From NCBI GenBank assembly GCA_032128875.1, contig JAVLKG010000002.1:800001-864000 (forward strand): a stretch of DNA of 64,000 bases, in the 5' to 3' direction. Positions 48,923-58,565 of this stretch are shown here, one piece after another. A program made the translations under genes and the position numbers. Each line of letters starts with the position of its first letter. Position 1 is the stretch's first letter. This stretch comes from Candidatus Melainabacteria bacterium 17Bon1m (GTDB taxonomy: Bacteria; Cyanobacteriota; Vampirovibrionia; Obscuribacterales; Obscuribacteraceae). The notes beneath the pieces are model-generated. The model was not told the DNA's origin and made no database searches. It saw only the letters and a list, made by a program, of their open reading frames with translations.

Positions 48923-50149
48923 TTAAGCTTGAACGACCGGCAAAGTTTCGAATCGCTTGCCCAATACATCAACGCTGTCTGCCCCCAACCAGCTTTCCAA
49001 AACGGTGGCGTATACGGTGCGGAAGTCTACTGTATGTTTGAGATCGCCTGCATCAAGACTAGTCAAACTGGGCGCTTCTCCGTAAATTCCGCCTTTGACC
49101 GATGAACCTACCAAGAAAAGCGGTTCTGCAGTGCCGTGATCAGTACCTTTGCCACTATTTTCCTGAACTCTTCTGCCGAATTCGGAAAATACCAGAGTCA
49201 AAACATTGTCCTCTAAACCATGTTCTTTCAGGTCGCTCTGAAATGCAAGAAGCGCATCGGACAGTTGTTTCAGCAGCCCAGCCTGTGCTCTTTGTTGATT
49301 AGCGTGCGTGTCGAATCCGTCCAAACTGACTGTAAAAACCGGAGCGCTGACTCCACCAGTAATCATCTGCGAGATGAATTTCAGTCCATCGCCTAACTTT
49401 CCATTCGGATACTTGATGTTGCTCTTGTAGTTTTTCACGATCTTGAACAGACTGTCTGAGGCTTGATCCGCTTCCAATCCCGCTTTTCTCAGCATCTCGG
49501 CATGCGGTCGTTTGCTCTCGAAACTCTCATAGATGTTTTTGAACGCTTCAATTTGTTGGTCTCGATCTTTTCTAAAGTGTGGATCGCTCTTGAAGCGAAA
49601 CTCGTAAATGTTATTTACTGAAGGTACAACTATCTTTTTTGCATATAGTGTTTTGGGAAGCATTGGATCGACATTTATTGCCGGCAGTGCAATGTTGCTT
49701 TGCCCTGCGTAAGCAAGATCAAGATAACGTCCTAACCAACCTGTATCTCCGATTTTTTCCGGCTCGGCCGTTTGCCAAATTTCAATAGAGCGAAAATGTG
49801 AACGATTGGGACTACCGTATCCAGCTCCTTCGATTATGGCCAGTTTTCCGTCGCTGAAAAGCTCACGCATTCCTGTCATTGAAGGATGCAAGCCAATTTG
49901 ATCATTGAGTTTCAAAACATCTTTCTGTGAAATTGCTATTTGAGGGCGGGCGTCGTAGTATGCACCCTGCCCGTACGGAACAACCGTGTTCAATCCGTCA
50001 TTACCACCGCTCAGCTGTATCAGTACGAGCTGCTTTTGACCTTTCCGGACCGAAGCTTGGGCTTGCAGTTGGAATATCTCCTCGGCTGAGAGCATCAAAC
50101 CAAGCATGCCCAGTCCACCTTGAATAAACTTTCTTCTTGATAAAGTCAT
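48923..50149 (-). CDS. DUF1501 family protein, Tat signal
   Basis: SRRKF, LSGGNDGLNT, RSHFRS, GFDTH, SEFGRR, GTDHG, DFR.VY. Confidence 0.93.
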   Translation of the reverse strand: MTLSRRKFIQGGLGMLGLMLSAEEIFQLQAQASVRKGQKQLVLIQLSGGNDGLNTVVPYGQGAYYDARPQIAISQKDVLKLNDQIGLHPSMTGMRELFSDGKLAIIEGAGYGSPNRSHFRSIEIWQTAEPEKIGDTGWLGRYLDLAYAGQSNIALPAINVDPMLPKTLYAKKIVVPSVNNIYEFRFKSDPHFRKDRDQQIEAFKNIYESFESKRPHAEMLRKAGLEADQASDSLFKIVKNYKSNIKYPNGKLGDGLKFISQMITGGVSAPVFTVSLDGFDTHANQQRAQAGLLKQLSDALLAFQSDLKEHGLEDNVLTLVFSEFGRRVQENSGKGTDHGTAEPLFLVGSSVKGGIYGEAPSLTSLDAGDLKHTVDFRTVYATVLESWLGADSVDVLGKRFETLPVVQA

Positions 50150-50158
50150 GGAATTACC

Positions 50159-51550
50159 TCAAGTCAGTTGATAGGTGGGCAGGGTCATAATTAAATGGAC
50201 TAACCCTCTCAGTTTGGCATCGAGTGTACGGTCGTCTTCAATCATACTCACCTTTTTGCCGTCGAGATCGCTGGAGACATATTCAACCAGTCTCTGGCGT
50301 GTCTGTTTTGGAACATCTCCGTCGACCAATAAGTCGACGAAGTAATTGACCATTTCAAGCGCATTAGTCAAACCGAATCTGTGCACCAACTCTGTGGGCG
50401 TGTATGTTTTTAGCAATTCGTCAAAACGGGATGTCGTTATACGTGCAGCGAAATTGAAGCGCTCCATCATGGTGTCACTAGAAATCCATGACTCTCCGCC
50501 ATCCCAGCCCTTAACCGATGGCGGGTGAAAGAGATCTTGCCCCATTGCACCCATTAGTTGTGGCAGATCGTTATCGAGGTTTTCTAGTTGCAGTGTTTTT
50601 ATCGAACCAACAACCAGTTCAGCCGGGCTCTTGATCTTGGCATGATAGGCTCTCTCACTTTGAAATGTTTTGTCCTCAAAAATGGATCGAAGCATTGCCG
50701 CCAGCGAAAAATTGTTTTCTCTAAATGATGATGCAACTCGCTCAACATAAGACTTGTCCGGGTTATCGTATGCAAAGAACGTGATTAACTTGCGCGCTAG
50801 AAATCTGCTCGTTTCAGGTCTTTTCACAAGGATTGATACGATGTCCTCTCCGTTCAAATTCCCGCTGACAGAAAGAACGGTTTTCTTGCTGAAATCGTGC
50901 TGACCTTTATTGAAATAGAATCCGTCCGGCCTTGTTTGCCAGCCAGTAAAGGCTCGTGCTGCTTCTTTGATGTCTGTCTCTGTATAGTTGCCTATGCCGA
51001 CAGTAAACAATTCCATTACTTCGCGAGCAAAATTCTCGTTTGGCTTGCCTTTGCGATTCTGCTGATTGTCCAGCCAAATTATCATAGCCGGATCTTTCGC
51101 CATTGCTATCAGCAAGTCATGGAAATTGCCGAGCGCATACTTACGCATCAACATGTTCTGTACATACATTGCATGCGGGTTTCGCACCTTTCTATCTGAT
51201 GTCGCGAAATGACCATGCAGAAAAAGAGTCATTTTTTCTTCGAGCGGTCGCCTTGAATAGATCATGCGATAGAGCCACCAGCGGCGCAAATCATTTGGAT
51301 TAGTAAAATCGAAAGATTGTTCTTTGATCGCCTTTTCCAAAAGTGTGTTGTCGACCTGCTTTGGATTGAGCAATTCGTTTAATGCGCCGTCATATCCAAG
51401 CGATTTGTAATACTGCAATTCCTTGGGCGTATAGCCGAAGCCCGCTCTGCGCAAAAGCTGGGCAATCCACATCGATTCTTTTTTAGATTGCGTTCTTATT
51501 GGCGCGCGAGTATTTGACACTAAAAATCTCGTTGCTAGATCGGAGCTCAA
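50159..51550 (-). CDS. DUF1800 family protein
   Basis: LLRRAGFG, EKMTLF.H.HFAT, PNENFAREVMELFT.G, YTE.D, PPSVKGW. Confidence 0.93.
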   Translation of the reverse strand: MSSDLATRFLVSNTRAPIRTQSKKESMWIAQLLRRAGFGYTPKELQYYKSLGYDGALNELLNPKQVDNTLLEKAIKEQSFDFTNPNDLRRWWLYRMIYSRRPLEEKMTLFLHGHFATSDRKVRNPHAMYVQNMLMRKYALGNFHDLLIAMAKDPAMIIWLDNQQNRKGKPNENFAREVMELFTVGIGNYTETDIKEAARAFTGWQTRPDGFYFNKGQHDFSKKTVLSVSGNLNGEDIVSILVKRPETSRFLARKLITFFAYDNPDKSYVERVASSFRENNFSLAAMLRSIFEDKTFQSERAYHAKIKSPAELVVGSIKTLQLENLDNDLPQLMGAMGQDLFHPPSVKGWDGGESWISSDTMMERFNFAARITTSRFDELLKTYTPTELVHRFGLTNALEMVNYFVDLLVDGDVPKQTRQRLVEYVSSDLDGKKVSMIEDDRTLDAKLRGLVHLIMTLPTYQLT

Positions 51551-51551
51551 C

Positions 51552-52166
51552 TTATTTTTTCTCGCTTCCTGTTTGTTGCATAAGGTCCTCAGGTAGTTCG
51601 CCGCTTTTGAGCTTATCCAGTTCTTCCAATTGAGCGGGACTGAGTTTTGCCTGAATTTCCTCCCAGATTGAAAGTCTTTTGCTCCTTAGTTTTTGCAACA
51701 TATTGCGCGCTTTCAGCAGCAACTCAAATTCGTCAGATTTAGTCATCATATCCATTTGAGGCTCTTCTTTGCTCAACATTCTTTCAATCAGTTTGGCGGA
51801 CATTTTTTTGCGCAGCTCATTAAACTCTTGATTCAAGGGCGTGAGTTCGGCACGCCCTTTTTCGTAAGCTTTGACGACTGCCTCGCGCTGTTTTCCGTTT
51901 AGCGAGCCGATCAGTCTTACCTGCTCTAAATCCGGCGTTCCGGCTTGAATAAATATGCGTATTTCGTCTGCCGGTCTGGAATTTATTTTGTACTTGGGCA
52001 ACACTTCGGCAATATTTGCAGGACCGGAGAAAATAGTTTCTTCGGCGTTTGGTGGACTGAATTTCTGGCTCGAATTCGCCGTTTTCTCAAGCGCAAAACA
52101 GTCGGTTTGTGCTGAGAAAAATAGACTGACAGTAATCAATGCGGCTTGCCCGATTTGTTTTGTCAT
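51552..52166 (-). CDS. Exported helical protein, Spy/CpxP-like
   Basis: Signal peptide; LNGKQR and LSPAQ motifs resembling LTxxQ repeats. Confidence 0.55.
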   Translation of the reverse strand: MTKQIGQAALITVSLFFSAQTDCFALEKTANSSQKFSPPNAEETIFSGPANIAEVLPKYKINSRPADEIRIFIQAGTPDLEQVRLIGSLNGKQREAVVKAYEKGRAELTPLNQEFNELRKKMSAKLIERMLSKEEPQMDMMTKSDEFELLLKARNMLQKLRSKRLSIWEEIQAKLSPAQLEELDKLKSGELPEDLMQQTGSEKK

Positions 52167-52171
52167 CGCTT

Positions 52172-54466
52172 CTAACCTTGCGGTCGGTTGCCTGACGATA
52201 CGGTTTCTCCGGAGTCGCTAAGCAGCTCACGACAGCGTTTTAGCATAATGCTGGTCGGCAGATCTGAAGGCACCATTTTCAATATGGTTGAGAATAACTG
52301 CTCCGCTTCTTTGATGTCTCCTTCGTCGAAACTTTGCCTTGCGTTTCGGTAGATTGCTATAGCTTCTTCCATAGCTGCAGGCAATGAGCCTCGAGTGGTC
52401 AGCAGCTCATAAAGCGATTGTTTATCGCCCGAACCACTTAGAATGATGCTGTCGATTTGTCTCACTTCAAGAGTATCTTCGACGAGGTGTGCTGTTCCTG
52501 AACCTAAGATAAAACTTGTTCCGTACGTGTTATTTAGTGCTTCTAGTGCCAGCGCCTGTTCAACCGGGTCGCCCATGACGCTGTATTGCGCGAACTGAGT
52601 ATCTCGAGAACCCGCATCGATGGTTCCACAAAAGGCTTCACCGGTTTCGATACCGCAAGATGAGCGCAAAGCAAGGGAGGCTAGATCGTCCGTTTGTGTT
52701 TCGCAGTAATTGTTTATTTTGTCTTTGATTGATAGCGCGCACTGCGCCGCTTGCCTGGCTTGCTCATTGCCAGCCAAAGGCAACGGTGCCCCCCAAAAGG
52801 CAATTACTCCGTAGGAGGCAATTCTGTCGACTATTCCGCGATGTTCAAAAACCTCATTCACCATAATGCCAAGGCAATCATTGAAGATTTGAAATATTCT
52901 GTCCGGTGGAAGTGGATCGACCTGATCCATGAAGTCGCGTACGCGGCAAACCATAACGGTTACCTGACAGCGCTTTCCATCGAGTCCAAGTTCGGCTAGC
53001 TGCGCTCGGTCTATCTGGTGAGCAATGTGTTTTGCAGTCATTGAGCGGAATAGTCGCGTGTGCCTTCGTCGCTCCCTAAAGAAATAAAAGTTTTGATCGG
53101 CCAGAACCAGCAGCCAACAGGGAATAACAACTGCTGTTATCGGCACTACAGTTGGTATCACTTGCCCGAAGTTGAGAAACAGGAAGAACGAAATTGCAAA
53201 CCAACCCAGAGAAATTCCGGCAATCGAAAGGAAGCTTCCCAACGGTCGACCAACAAGTATTCCAAGTACTTGTCCACATGCGAGCGCAGCTATAAGAACT
53301 GCGATGATTATTTTCCATCGTGAATTTGGAGGCAGGCATTTGCCGCTTACTAGATTTGAAATGATATTGGCCTGAATTTCAATAGCCGGCATGCGATTAT
53401 CAAATTCGGACACTGGTGTCGCAAAGCTTGATTCGTAAATCGGTGATTGTCGCGGTTGGTTACTGCCTGTGTCCATAAAGCTGCTTTCACCAAAGCCGAT
53501 TAAAACGACTTTGTGTAAAAACGGGCTGTTGGTTGTACCGCTGGAAGTATCATTTGTTTTTGCAATAGTGGCTGACGATTGAAAATGTTTTTGCCAATCA
53601 AGTGCTCGCCATAATGGAATTGTAGTAAAACTGCCTTTGCCGCCTGCATAGTTGATACGGAATTCTGCAGGAAAAATTTTGTCTTTGAGAAAGACACGGT
53701 CGTGCCCTTGATCGACCATCGATCTTGCACCCAGAAATTTTTCAGCCACTCTTAGCGCAAATGATTTGTAGAAAGCTGTTGAATGACCGAATTTTTCAAA
53801 AACCAAAAAGGCTTTTCGAACTAGACCATCTCGGTCTACAGGGATGTACGCGTTACCCAAGCAGGCTCCGTCAGCGCCCAATGCCACGACGAATTGTTCG
53901 TAAGGCGCGTGTACTCGCGGCTTTGATTTATTCCCTGTGCCACCCTCCAGCGTATCGACATTAGTGGAGACGACAATGTTTTTCACTCTCTTGAAGACGT
54001 CGCGCAGGATCTCATCTTCTTTTTCAATGGCTCGGCTTTCCGTTTGGTTTAAACGATTTGATTCGCCAGATGGTTCTTCCAAATCGACATCGAAACCAAT
54101 TACCTCAGCGCCACCTTTCGTAAGTTGATCTATGGCACGGGCAAATAAAGTTCGATTCCACGGCTGCTTGGAATTCAGTCCCAAGCGTCTTGCAGATTCA
54201 GGGTCAAGCGTAACTAGAACAACTGAGTTTGTTTCCTGTGCGCGCTTTTCTTTATAGGACTCAAGACCGTCTCTGAAGCGAATAAAGTGATCGGTTACTG
54301 AATTTTCGAGTGTTATTAACGAGTCTGAAAGAAAAGGAACGTTGAAGAATTCGATTGAAAGAACCGCAATTCCCACAAAAAAACAGACAGCCAGCGCGCG
54401 CCAAGAGAGGTCCTTCGACGAAACGCCGACAACTTTCGACACCTTTTTTGCCAAACCATCTTTCAT
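52172..54466 (-). CDS. CHASE2 plus class III cyclase-like protein with degenerate active site
   Basis: CHASE2 (PW.R..FA, GA.VIGFD, D.DGLVR, INY.G, E.QAN), three TMs, cyclase fold (AFWGAP, GI.TG, YGT), C-terminal TPR-like helix pair. Confidence 0.85.
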   Translation of the reverse strand: MKDGLAKKVSKVVGVSSKDLSWRALAVCFFVGIAVLSIEFFNVPFLSDSLITLENSVTDHFIRFRDGLESYKEKRAQETNSVVLVTLDPESARRLGLNSKQPWNRTLFARAIDQLTKGGAEVIGFDVDLEEPSGESNRLNQTESRAIEKEDEILRDVFKRVKNIVVSTNVDTLEGGTGNKSKPRVHAPYEQFVVALGADGACLGNAYIPVDRDGLVRKAFLVFEKFGHSTAFYKSFALRVAEKFLGARSMVDQGHDRVFLKDKIFPAEFRINYAGGKGSFTTIPLWRALDWQKHFQSSATIAKTNDTSSGTTNSPFLHKVVLIGFGESSFMDTGSNQPRQSPIYESSFATPVSEFDNRMPAIEIQANIISNLVSGKCLPPNSRWKIIIAVLIAALACGQVLGILVGRPLGSFLSIAGISLGWFAISFFLFLNFGQVIPTVVPITAVVIPCWLLVLADQNFYFFRERRRHTRLFRSMTAKHIAHQIDRAQLAELGLDGKRCQVTVMVCRVRDFMDQVDPLPPDRIFQIFNDCLGIMVNEVFEHRGIVDRIASYGVIAFWGAPLPLAGNEQARQAAQCALSIKDKINNYCETQTDDLASLALRSSCGIETGEAFCGTIDAGSRDTQFAQYSVMGDPVEQALALEALNNTYGTSFILGSGTAHLVEDTLEVRQIDSIILSGSGDKQSLYELLTTRGSLPAAMEEAIAIYRNARQSFDEGDIKEAEQLFSTILKMVPSDLPTSIMLKRCRELLSDSGETVSSGNRPQG

Positions 54467-54627
54467 CTGGAACCTTTGCCAGAAGATATCAGCGGGAGGC
54501 CTTTCCCGGGTAATTGGACATATTCCCTGTTTTGAAGCCTATTAAGTAGCCAAGCAATTAATAAGCTCTTCTGATAGCCGAGCCTGTCAAGTGAAAAATC
54601 GCCATTGAACGCTTGGACAAGGCTGTA

Positions 54628-54655
54628 GAAGTTAAAGGGTTAACGATTTAACTTC
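54628..54655. repeat. 28-bp palindromic element
   Basis: GAAGTTAAAGG-GTTAAC-GATTTAACTTC, extended by CTGTA/TACAG flanks. Confidence 0.85.
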
Positions 54656-54760
54656 TACAGCTCTGCGTCCTTGACAATTGAAAAGCGCCGCAAGGAAAGC
54701 CGGCAGACTTTTAGACGGCGTCCGATAACTGCTCGAAGGCTAGATTTAGGTAGTAAAAAA

Positions 54761-54833
54761 TGGACAGTACTGGATTCGAACCAGTGACCCCCACTATGTC
54801 AAAGTGGTGCGCTACCAACTGCGCCAACTGTCC
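54761..54833 (-). tRNA. tRNA-Val(GAC)
   Basis: Reverse complement GGACAGTTGGCGCAGTTGGTAGCGCACCACTTTGACATAGTGGGGGTCACTGGTTCGAATCCAGTACTGTCCA. Confidence 0.96.
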
Positions 54834-54960
54834 ACGGGAAAACCTTGGAAGAGACATTCTATCGTGCTCGGTGCCAGAGGTAAACCGCTGCCGTTACTCT
54901 TAGACACTTGAGATAAATTACAGCCAGACCGCTGCAATCCAGGGTTTTCTTGAATTAAAT

Positions 54961-55034
54961 TGGAGGCGGCACCCAGATTTGAACTGGGGGTGAAGGTTTT
55001 GCAGACCCTTGCCTTACCACTTGGCTATGCCGCC
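54961..55034 (-). tRNA. tRNA-Cys(GCA)
   Basis: Reverse complement GGCGGCATAGCCAAGTGGTAAGGCAAGGGTCTGCAAAACCTTCACCCCCAGTTCAAATCTGGGTGCCGCCTCCA; CCA encoded. Confidence 0.97.
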
Positions 55035-55194
55035 GCAACCAGTAAAAGCTTATCGTAGACGGTCTGTTTCCAGCTTGTCAAAAAAGGCCAAACTTTTCCA
55101 AAGTTTGTAAGCGGGAATGAAGCCTGTATCATACGACTTGGCTGAATGCTGTTTCGAACGGCAGCGGCTTCATTTGCGCTGAAGGAGAATCGGC

Positions 55195-56217
55195 TTGCTT
55201 GAACTGTTGCTCAGACGATGTCTGCAAGCAGTTCCGCTGCTGGCTATCTTATCAATTGTCACATTCGCTGCTGTCCTGAGCCTTCCGGGAGACCCGGTAG
55301 ATGTGCTTGTTGGCAATGCTCAGAAAGATATGGATCCCCAAGAAATACAAGTATTAAGGCAGGAATTCGGTCTCGATAAATCACCAGTTGAGCAATATTT
55401 ACTCTGGCTATCGAATGGTGTGTTCAAGGGGAATTTAGGCAGGTCGTATAAAGACGGTCGGCCTGTTGTGACGATCATTCAGGAGCGACTCCCTTCGACA
55501 ATACGATTAGTCGCAACGGCTCTTATTCTCGCTTTTGCAGTAGGGATGTTTTGGGGGCTGGCGATGGTAGCACTCAAGCAGTCGCAGCTTGGAAAGTGGG
55601 TCGAGGCGGTCCTTTTCGTTACCGCGCTAATTTTGTACTCGGCTCCGGGATTTTGGATTGGTTTTATTGCCCTGACGATGGCTGGACGAATCAGTGCATT
55701 TGGTGATGTTCCTCTATTGGCTGTTCATGCCGCTGGCTCTCCACCTCTGAATCCGATGGTCGCGTTTTCAGCGCTTAGTTATGTTTTGCTGCCGGCGTTC
55801 GTTTTGTCGCTTAGGCGAATGGCGAAAATCGCACTTTTCGTCCGAACGGCTACTCTGAATGAATTAGCCGAAGAGTATGTGACAACGGCACTAGGCAAAG
55901 GTCTTTCTCGAGTGCGCGTCTTGACCAGACATGTTCTGAGAAACAGTCTGGCTCCGATTATTAATCTGGCAGGACTTTCCCTTCCGTCATTGTTAGGCGG
56001 GTCGGTATTGATTGAAACAGTGTTTGCCTGGCCTGGCATGGGCAGACTGGCTGTCGAATCTACATTCGGAAGAGACTATCCGATGATTCTGGCTCTTGTG
56101 ATGATGTACGGTGCTCTAGTTATTTTTTCCAATATGGCTGCAGATGTTCTTGAGCTAATGACTGATCCTCGCAGGCGTGATGCCTATCTTTCAGAGATTG
56201 AAGGAGCCAGAGCCTGA
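55195..56217 (+). CDS. oppB: Peptide ABC transporter permease
   Basis: PGDP, GLDKS..QY, GNLGRS, EAA loop (EYV.TA..KGL), ETVFAWPGMG, RDYP. Confidence 0.92.
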   Translation: MLELLLRRCLQAVPLLAILSIVTFAAVLSLPGDPVDVLVGNAQKDMDPQEIQVLRQEFGLDKSPVEQYLLWLSNGVFKGNLGRSYKDGRPVVTIIQERLPSTIRLVATALILAFAVGMFWGLAMVALKQSQLGKWVEAVLFVTALILYSAPGFWIGFIALTMAGRISAFGDVPLLAVHAAGSPPLNPMVAFSALSYVLLPAFVLSLRRMAKIALFVRTATLNELAEEYVTTALGKGLSRVRVLTRHVLRNSLAPIINLAGLSLPSLLGGSVLIETVFAWPGMGRLAVESTFGRDYPMILALVMMYGALVIFSNMAADVLELMTDPRRRDAYLSEIEGARA

Positions 56218-57152
56218 TGTCGCAAGCCAGATTTGCTATCTCCGATCCGCGCCACAGCTCAATTCGTATGTGGGTTGGTGCACTTTTAATCGCTTTGGTG
56301 TTCTCATCTGCTCTTTTGGCTCCATTAATTGCACCGTCGAAGACATTACTCTGGCCTGTGCCTGTGAATTTGGAGGCGATCAACTTGCCGCCGTTCAGCC
56401 AAGGTCATGTGCTGGGCACGGACTTGCTGGGGCGGGATATTCTTGCCGAAGCGCTCTGGGGCGCTCGTATGTCTTTGGTAATAGGAATAGTGGCAGCTGT
56501 GACTGCCGTTACATTTGGTGGCGTATGGGGTGCTCTATCGGCTTTCCTTGGCGGGCCAATCGACACTCTAATGATGCGCTGCGTTGACGGTTTATTAGCG
56601 ATTCCAAATATAGTTTTGCTGCTGACAATAAACACCATTCTTTCGGCTGGTTCGTTTTGCTCCTTTCCTGATTGGTCTTTGCGTTTTCTGAAAGTAACTT
56701 CTTTCTCAAGTGGCTATTTGCCGCTATTCACTGTCATTGTTGTAATCAGTGCAACTACTTGGTTAGAAGCTGCGCGAATAAGCCGATCAAAGATACAGTC
56801 GATTCTTCTGGAAGAGTATATATACTCGGCAAAAGCGCTCGGAATCGGAGTTCTACGCATGCTCTTTCGGCATTTACTGCCAAATGCGGCGCCAGTTCTA
56901 CTTGTCGAGGCAACTCTTCTTGTTTCAGATGCAATTTTGATGGAAGCCGGATTAAGCTTCCTGGGGCTGGGATTGGGGCCGTCGACACCAAGCTGGGGCA
57001 GCATGTTAACGTCTGCTCAGTCGAGTTTGATTGAAGGGAACTGGTGGGCCGTTATGGTGCCGGGGGTGTTAATCACTACAACTGTAGTAGGAGTAAATCT
57101 TGTCGGAGAGGGCATCCTGGAAGGACAGGGCGGCAAAAGGCAGGCTGCGTGA
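56217..57152 (+). CDS. oppC: Peptide ABC transporter permease
   Basis: H.LGTD.LGRD, GAR.SL, HLLPN, EAGLSFLGLG, PSWG.ML. Confidence 0.92.
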   Translation: MSQARFAISDPRHSSIRMWVGALLIALVFSSALLAPLIAPSKTLLWPVPVNLEAINLPPFSQGHVLGTDLLGRDILAEALWGARMSLVIGIVAAVTAVTFGGVWGALSAFLGGPIDTLMMRCVDGLLAIPNIVLLLTINTILSAGSFCSFPDWSLRFLKVTSFSSGYLPLFTVIVVISATTWLEAARISRSKIQSILLEEYIYSAKALGIGVLRMLFRHLLPNAAPVLLVEATLLVSDAILMEAGLSFLGLGLGPSTPSWGSMLTSAQSSLIEGNWWAVMVPGVLITTTVVGVNLVGEGILEGQGGKRQAA

Positions 57153-57237
57153 GTGTTGTGAAAGGTTGATTCCATTCGGATACAATTACAGTCAGCCTAG
57201 AATTGAACGTTTAGTAGTAAGGAGCAAGTTTCTCGCG

Positions 57238-57762
57238 ATGAAAAAATGTCTTGCCGAAAAGGCGAAGGTTCGCAAGCTTGCCATTCTGGTTTTGCCACTG
57301 GCAGTTTTTTGCCTCACTGCTTGTGGAAACAGCAAAGATGTTACCTACAAATCCGGCGGAATGACACACACGATCGCCCAGGGCGAAGGGTCAATTCCCG
57401 ACGAATTCAAAGCTCTAATCTATCCAGATGCGCAGGCAACAGGCTCTGTGTCTGCAGATGGAAACGATCAAGAGCAGTCGAAATTCGTTATGTTGCAGGC
57501 AAAGGCTACAGCTGAAGACGTCAGCAAGTGGTACCAAGAACAGCTGCAAAACAATGGATGGACGGTTGGAAATGTTCAAAACAGCGCCGATGTAATTAGC
57601 ATCAGCGCTCAAAAGAAAGACATTGAAATGAACGTCATGATTGATGAAGACCAAGGTAAGACCACAATAAATCTCTCGCTGGCAAAAACAGTGGATCAGG
57701 TGCCTGACGAATCAGAAACTGAGAATTTTGTACCGAATAAAGCAGCGCCACCAACGGACTAA
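57238..57762 (+). CDS. Lipoprotein
   Basis: Basic N-terminus, hydrophobic core, LTAC lipobox; IYP.A and WY..QL..NGW motifs. Confidence 0.75.
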   Translation: MKKCLAEKAKVRKLAILVLPLAVFCLTACGNSKDVTYKSGGMTHTIAQGEGSIPDEFKALIYPDAQATGSVSADGNDQEQSKFVMLQAKATAEDVSKWYQEQLQNNGWTVGNVQNSADVISISAQKKDIEMNVMIDEDQGKTTINLSLAKTVDQVPDESETENFVPNKAAPPTD

Positions 57763-57776
57763 CTCAGCGAGGAAAA

Positions 57777-58406
57777 ATGCCTCACGATAATGCACCACTT
57801 GCCGAAGTGATCTCTTCGTCCATTACTGGTGTGGTGGCACAGTGTTTGATGTCTTCCGACAAGGACGGGATGCCCGATACGCCCAAGCCACGTTTTGGCA
57901 GTTTCTTGAAAATCCGTACTGTTAGTAATCTAGATGTTTTAACTGTTGTGCATAATGTCATAACAGGCTCTCCTGATGCTGTGCACCAACCCTGGGCACT
58001 AGGGCTTTCACGCGAACAGTTACGAGAAGAGCAACCGCATATTTTTTCTCTTTTGCGAACGGAAGTTCATGCAGTTGTTGTCGGTTACATCGAAGGCGGC
58101 CATGTATTTCAGCATTTGCCGCCTGTACCACCCGAGGTGCATGATTTTGTGTATTTAGCCAGCGATGAAGAAATTCGTCAGGTTACGGAAGGCTTTGATT
58201 TCCTGCGATTGATTGCGACAGTCACAACAGTTCCACAGGATGAGCTGGCTGCAGCGAGTATTCGCGAAGCACATAAGGCACATGGGAATGACTATTCATT
58301 TCTAGTTGAAGCGGGACAAGCGCTATCGCATGTTTTCAAAAACGATTTCGATCGACTCGTAACGATCTTACGCAAGATTCGCCCGGGAACACCTGCTCGC
58401 TCGTAG
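57777..58406 (+). CDS. HAS-barrel domain protein
   Basis: AEVI..S.T..VAQC, P.FGSF, LS..QL..EQP.IF.LL.T, Q.LPP.PP.VH. Confidence 0.75.
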   Translation: MPHDNAPLAEVISSSITGVVAQCLMSSDKDGMPDTPKPRFGSFLKIRTVSNLDVLTVVHNVITGSPDAVHQPWALGLSREQLREEQPHIFSLLRTEVHAVVVGYIEGGHVFQHLPPVPPEVHDFVYLASDEEIRQVTEGFDFLRLIATVTTVPQDELAAASIREAHKAHGNDYSFLVEAGQALSHVFKNDFDRLVTILRKIRPGTPARS

Positions 58407-58430
58407 CGCGAAATGGAGCATTGAGGTTTA

Positions 58431-58458
58431 GAAGGTTAACCGTTATCGGTTAACCTTC
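58431..58458. repeat. 28-bp palindromic element (perfect arms)
   Basis: GAAGGTTAACC-GTTATC-GGTTAACCTTC. Confidence 0.92.
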
Positions 58459-58565
58459 CAAACCTCTTCTTTTGGGGCCGAAAATTTTGTTGTCAGTATT
58501 AGATTTGTTTTGAACTTTTTGTCCGTAGGACTCGTATTCAAATGTATGAGTTCGAGGGAACGGAT

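Noticed and set aside
54876-54900. Possible ninth palindrome (AGAGGTAAACCGCTGCCGTTACTCT)
   Set aside because: Only a half-arm matches; length and centre differ. At most a decayed copy.
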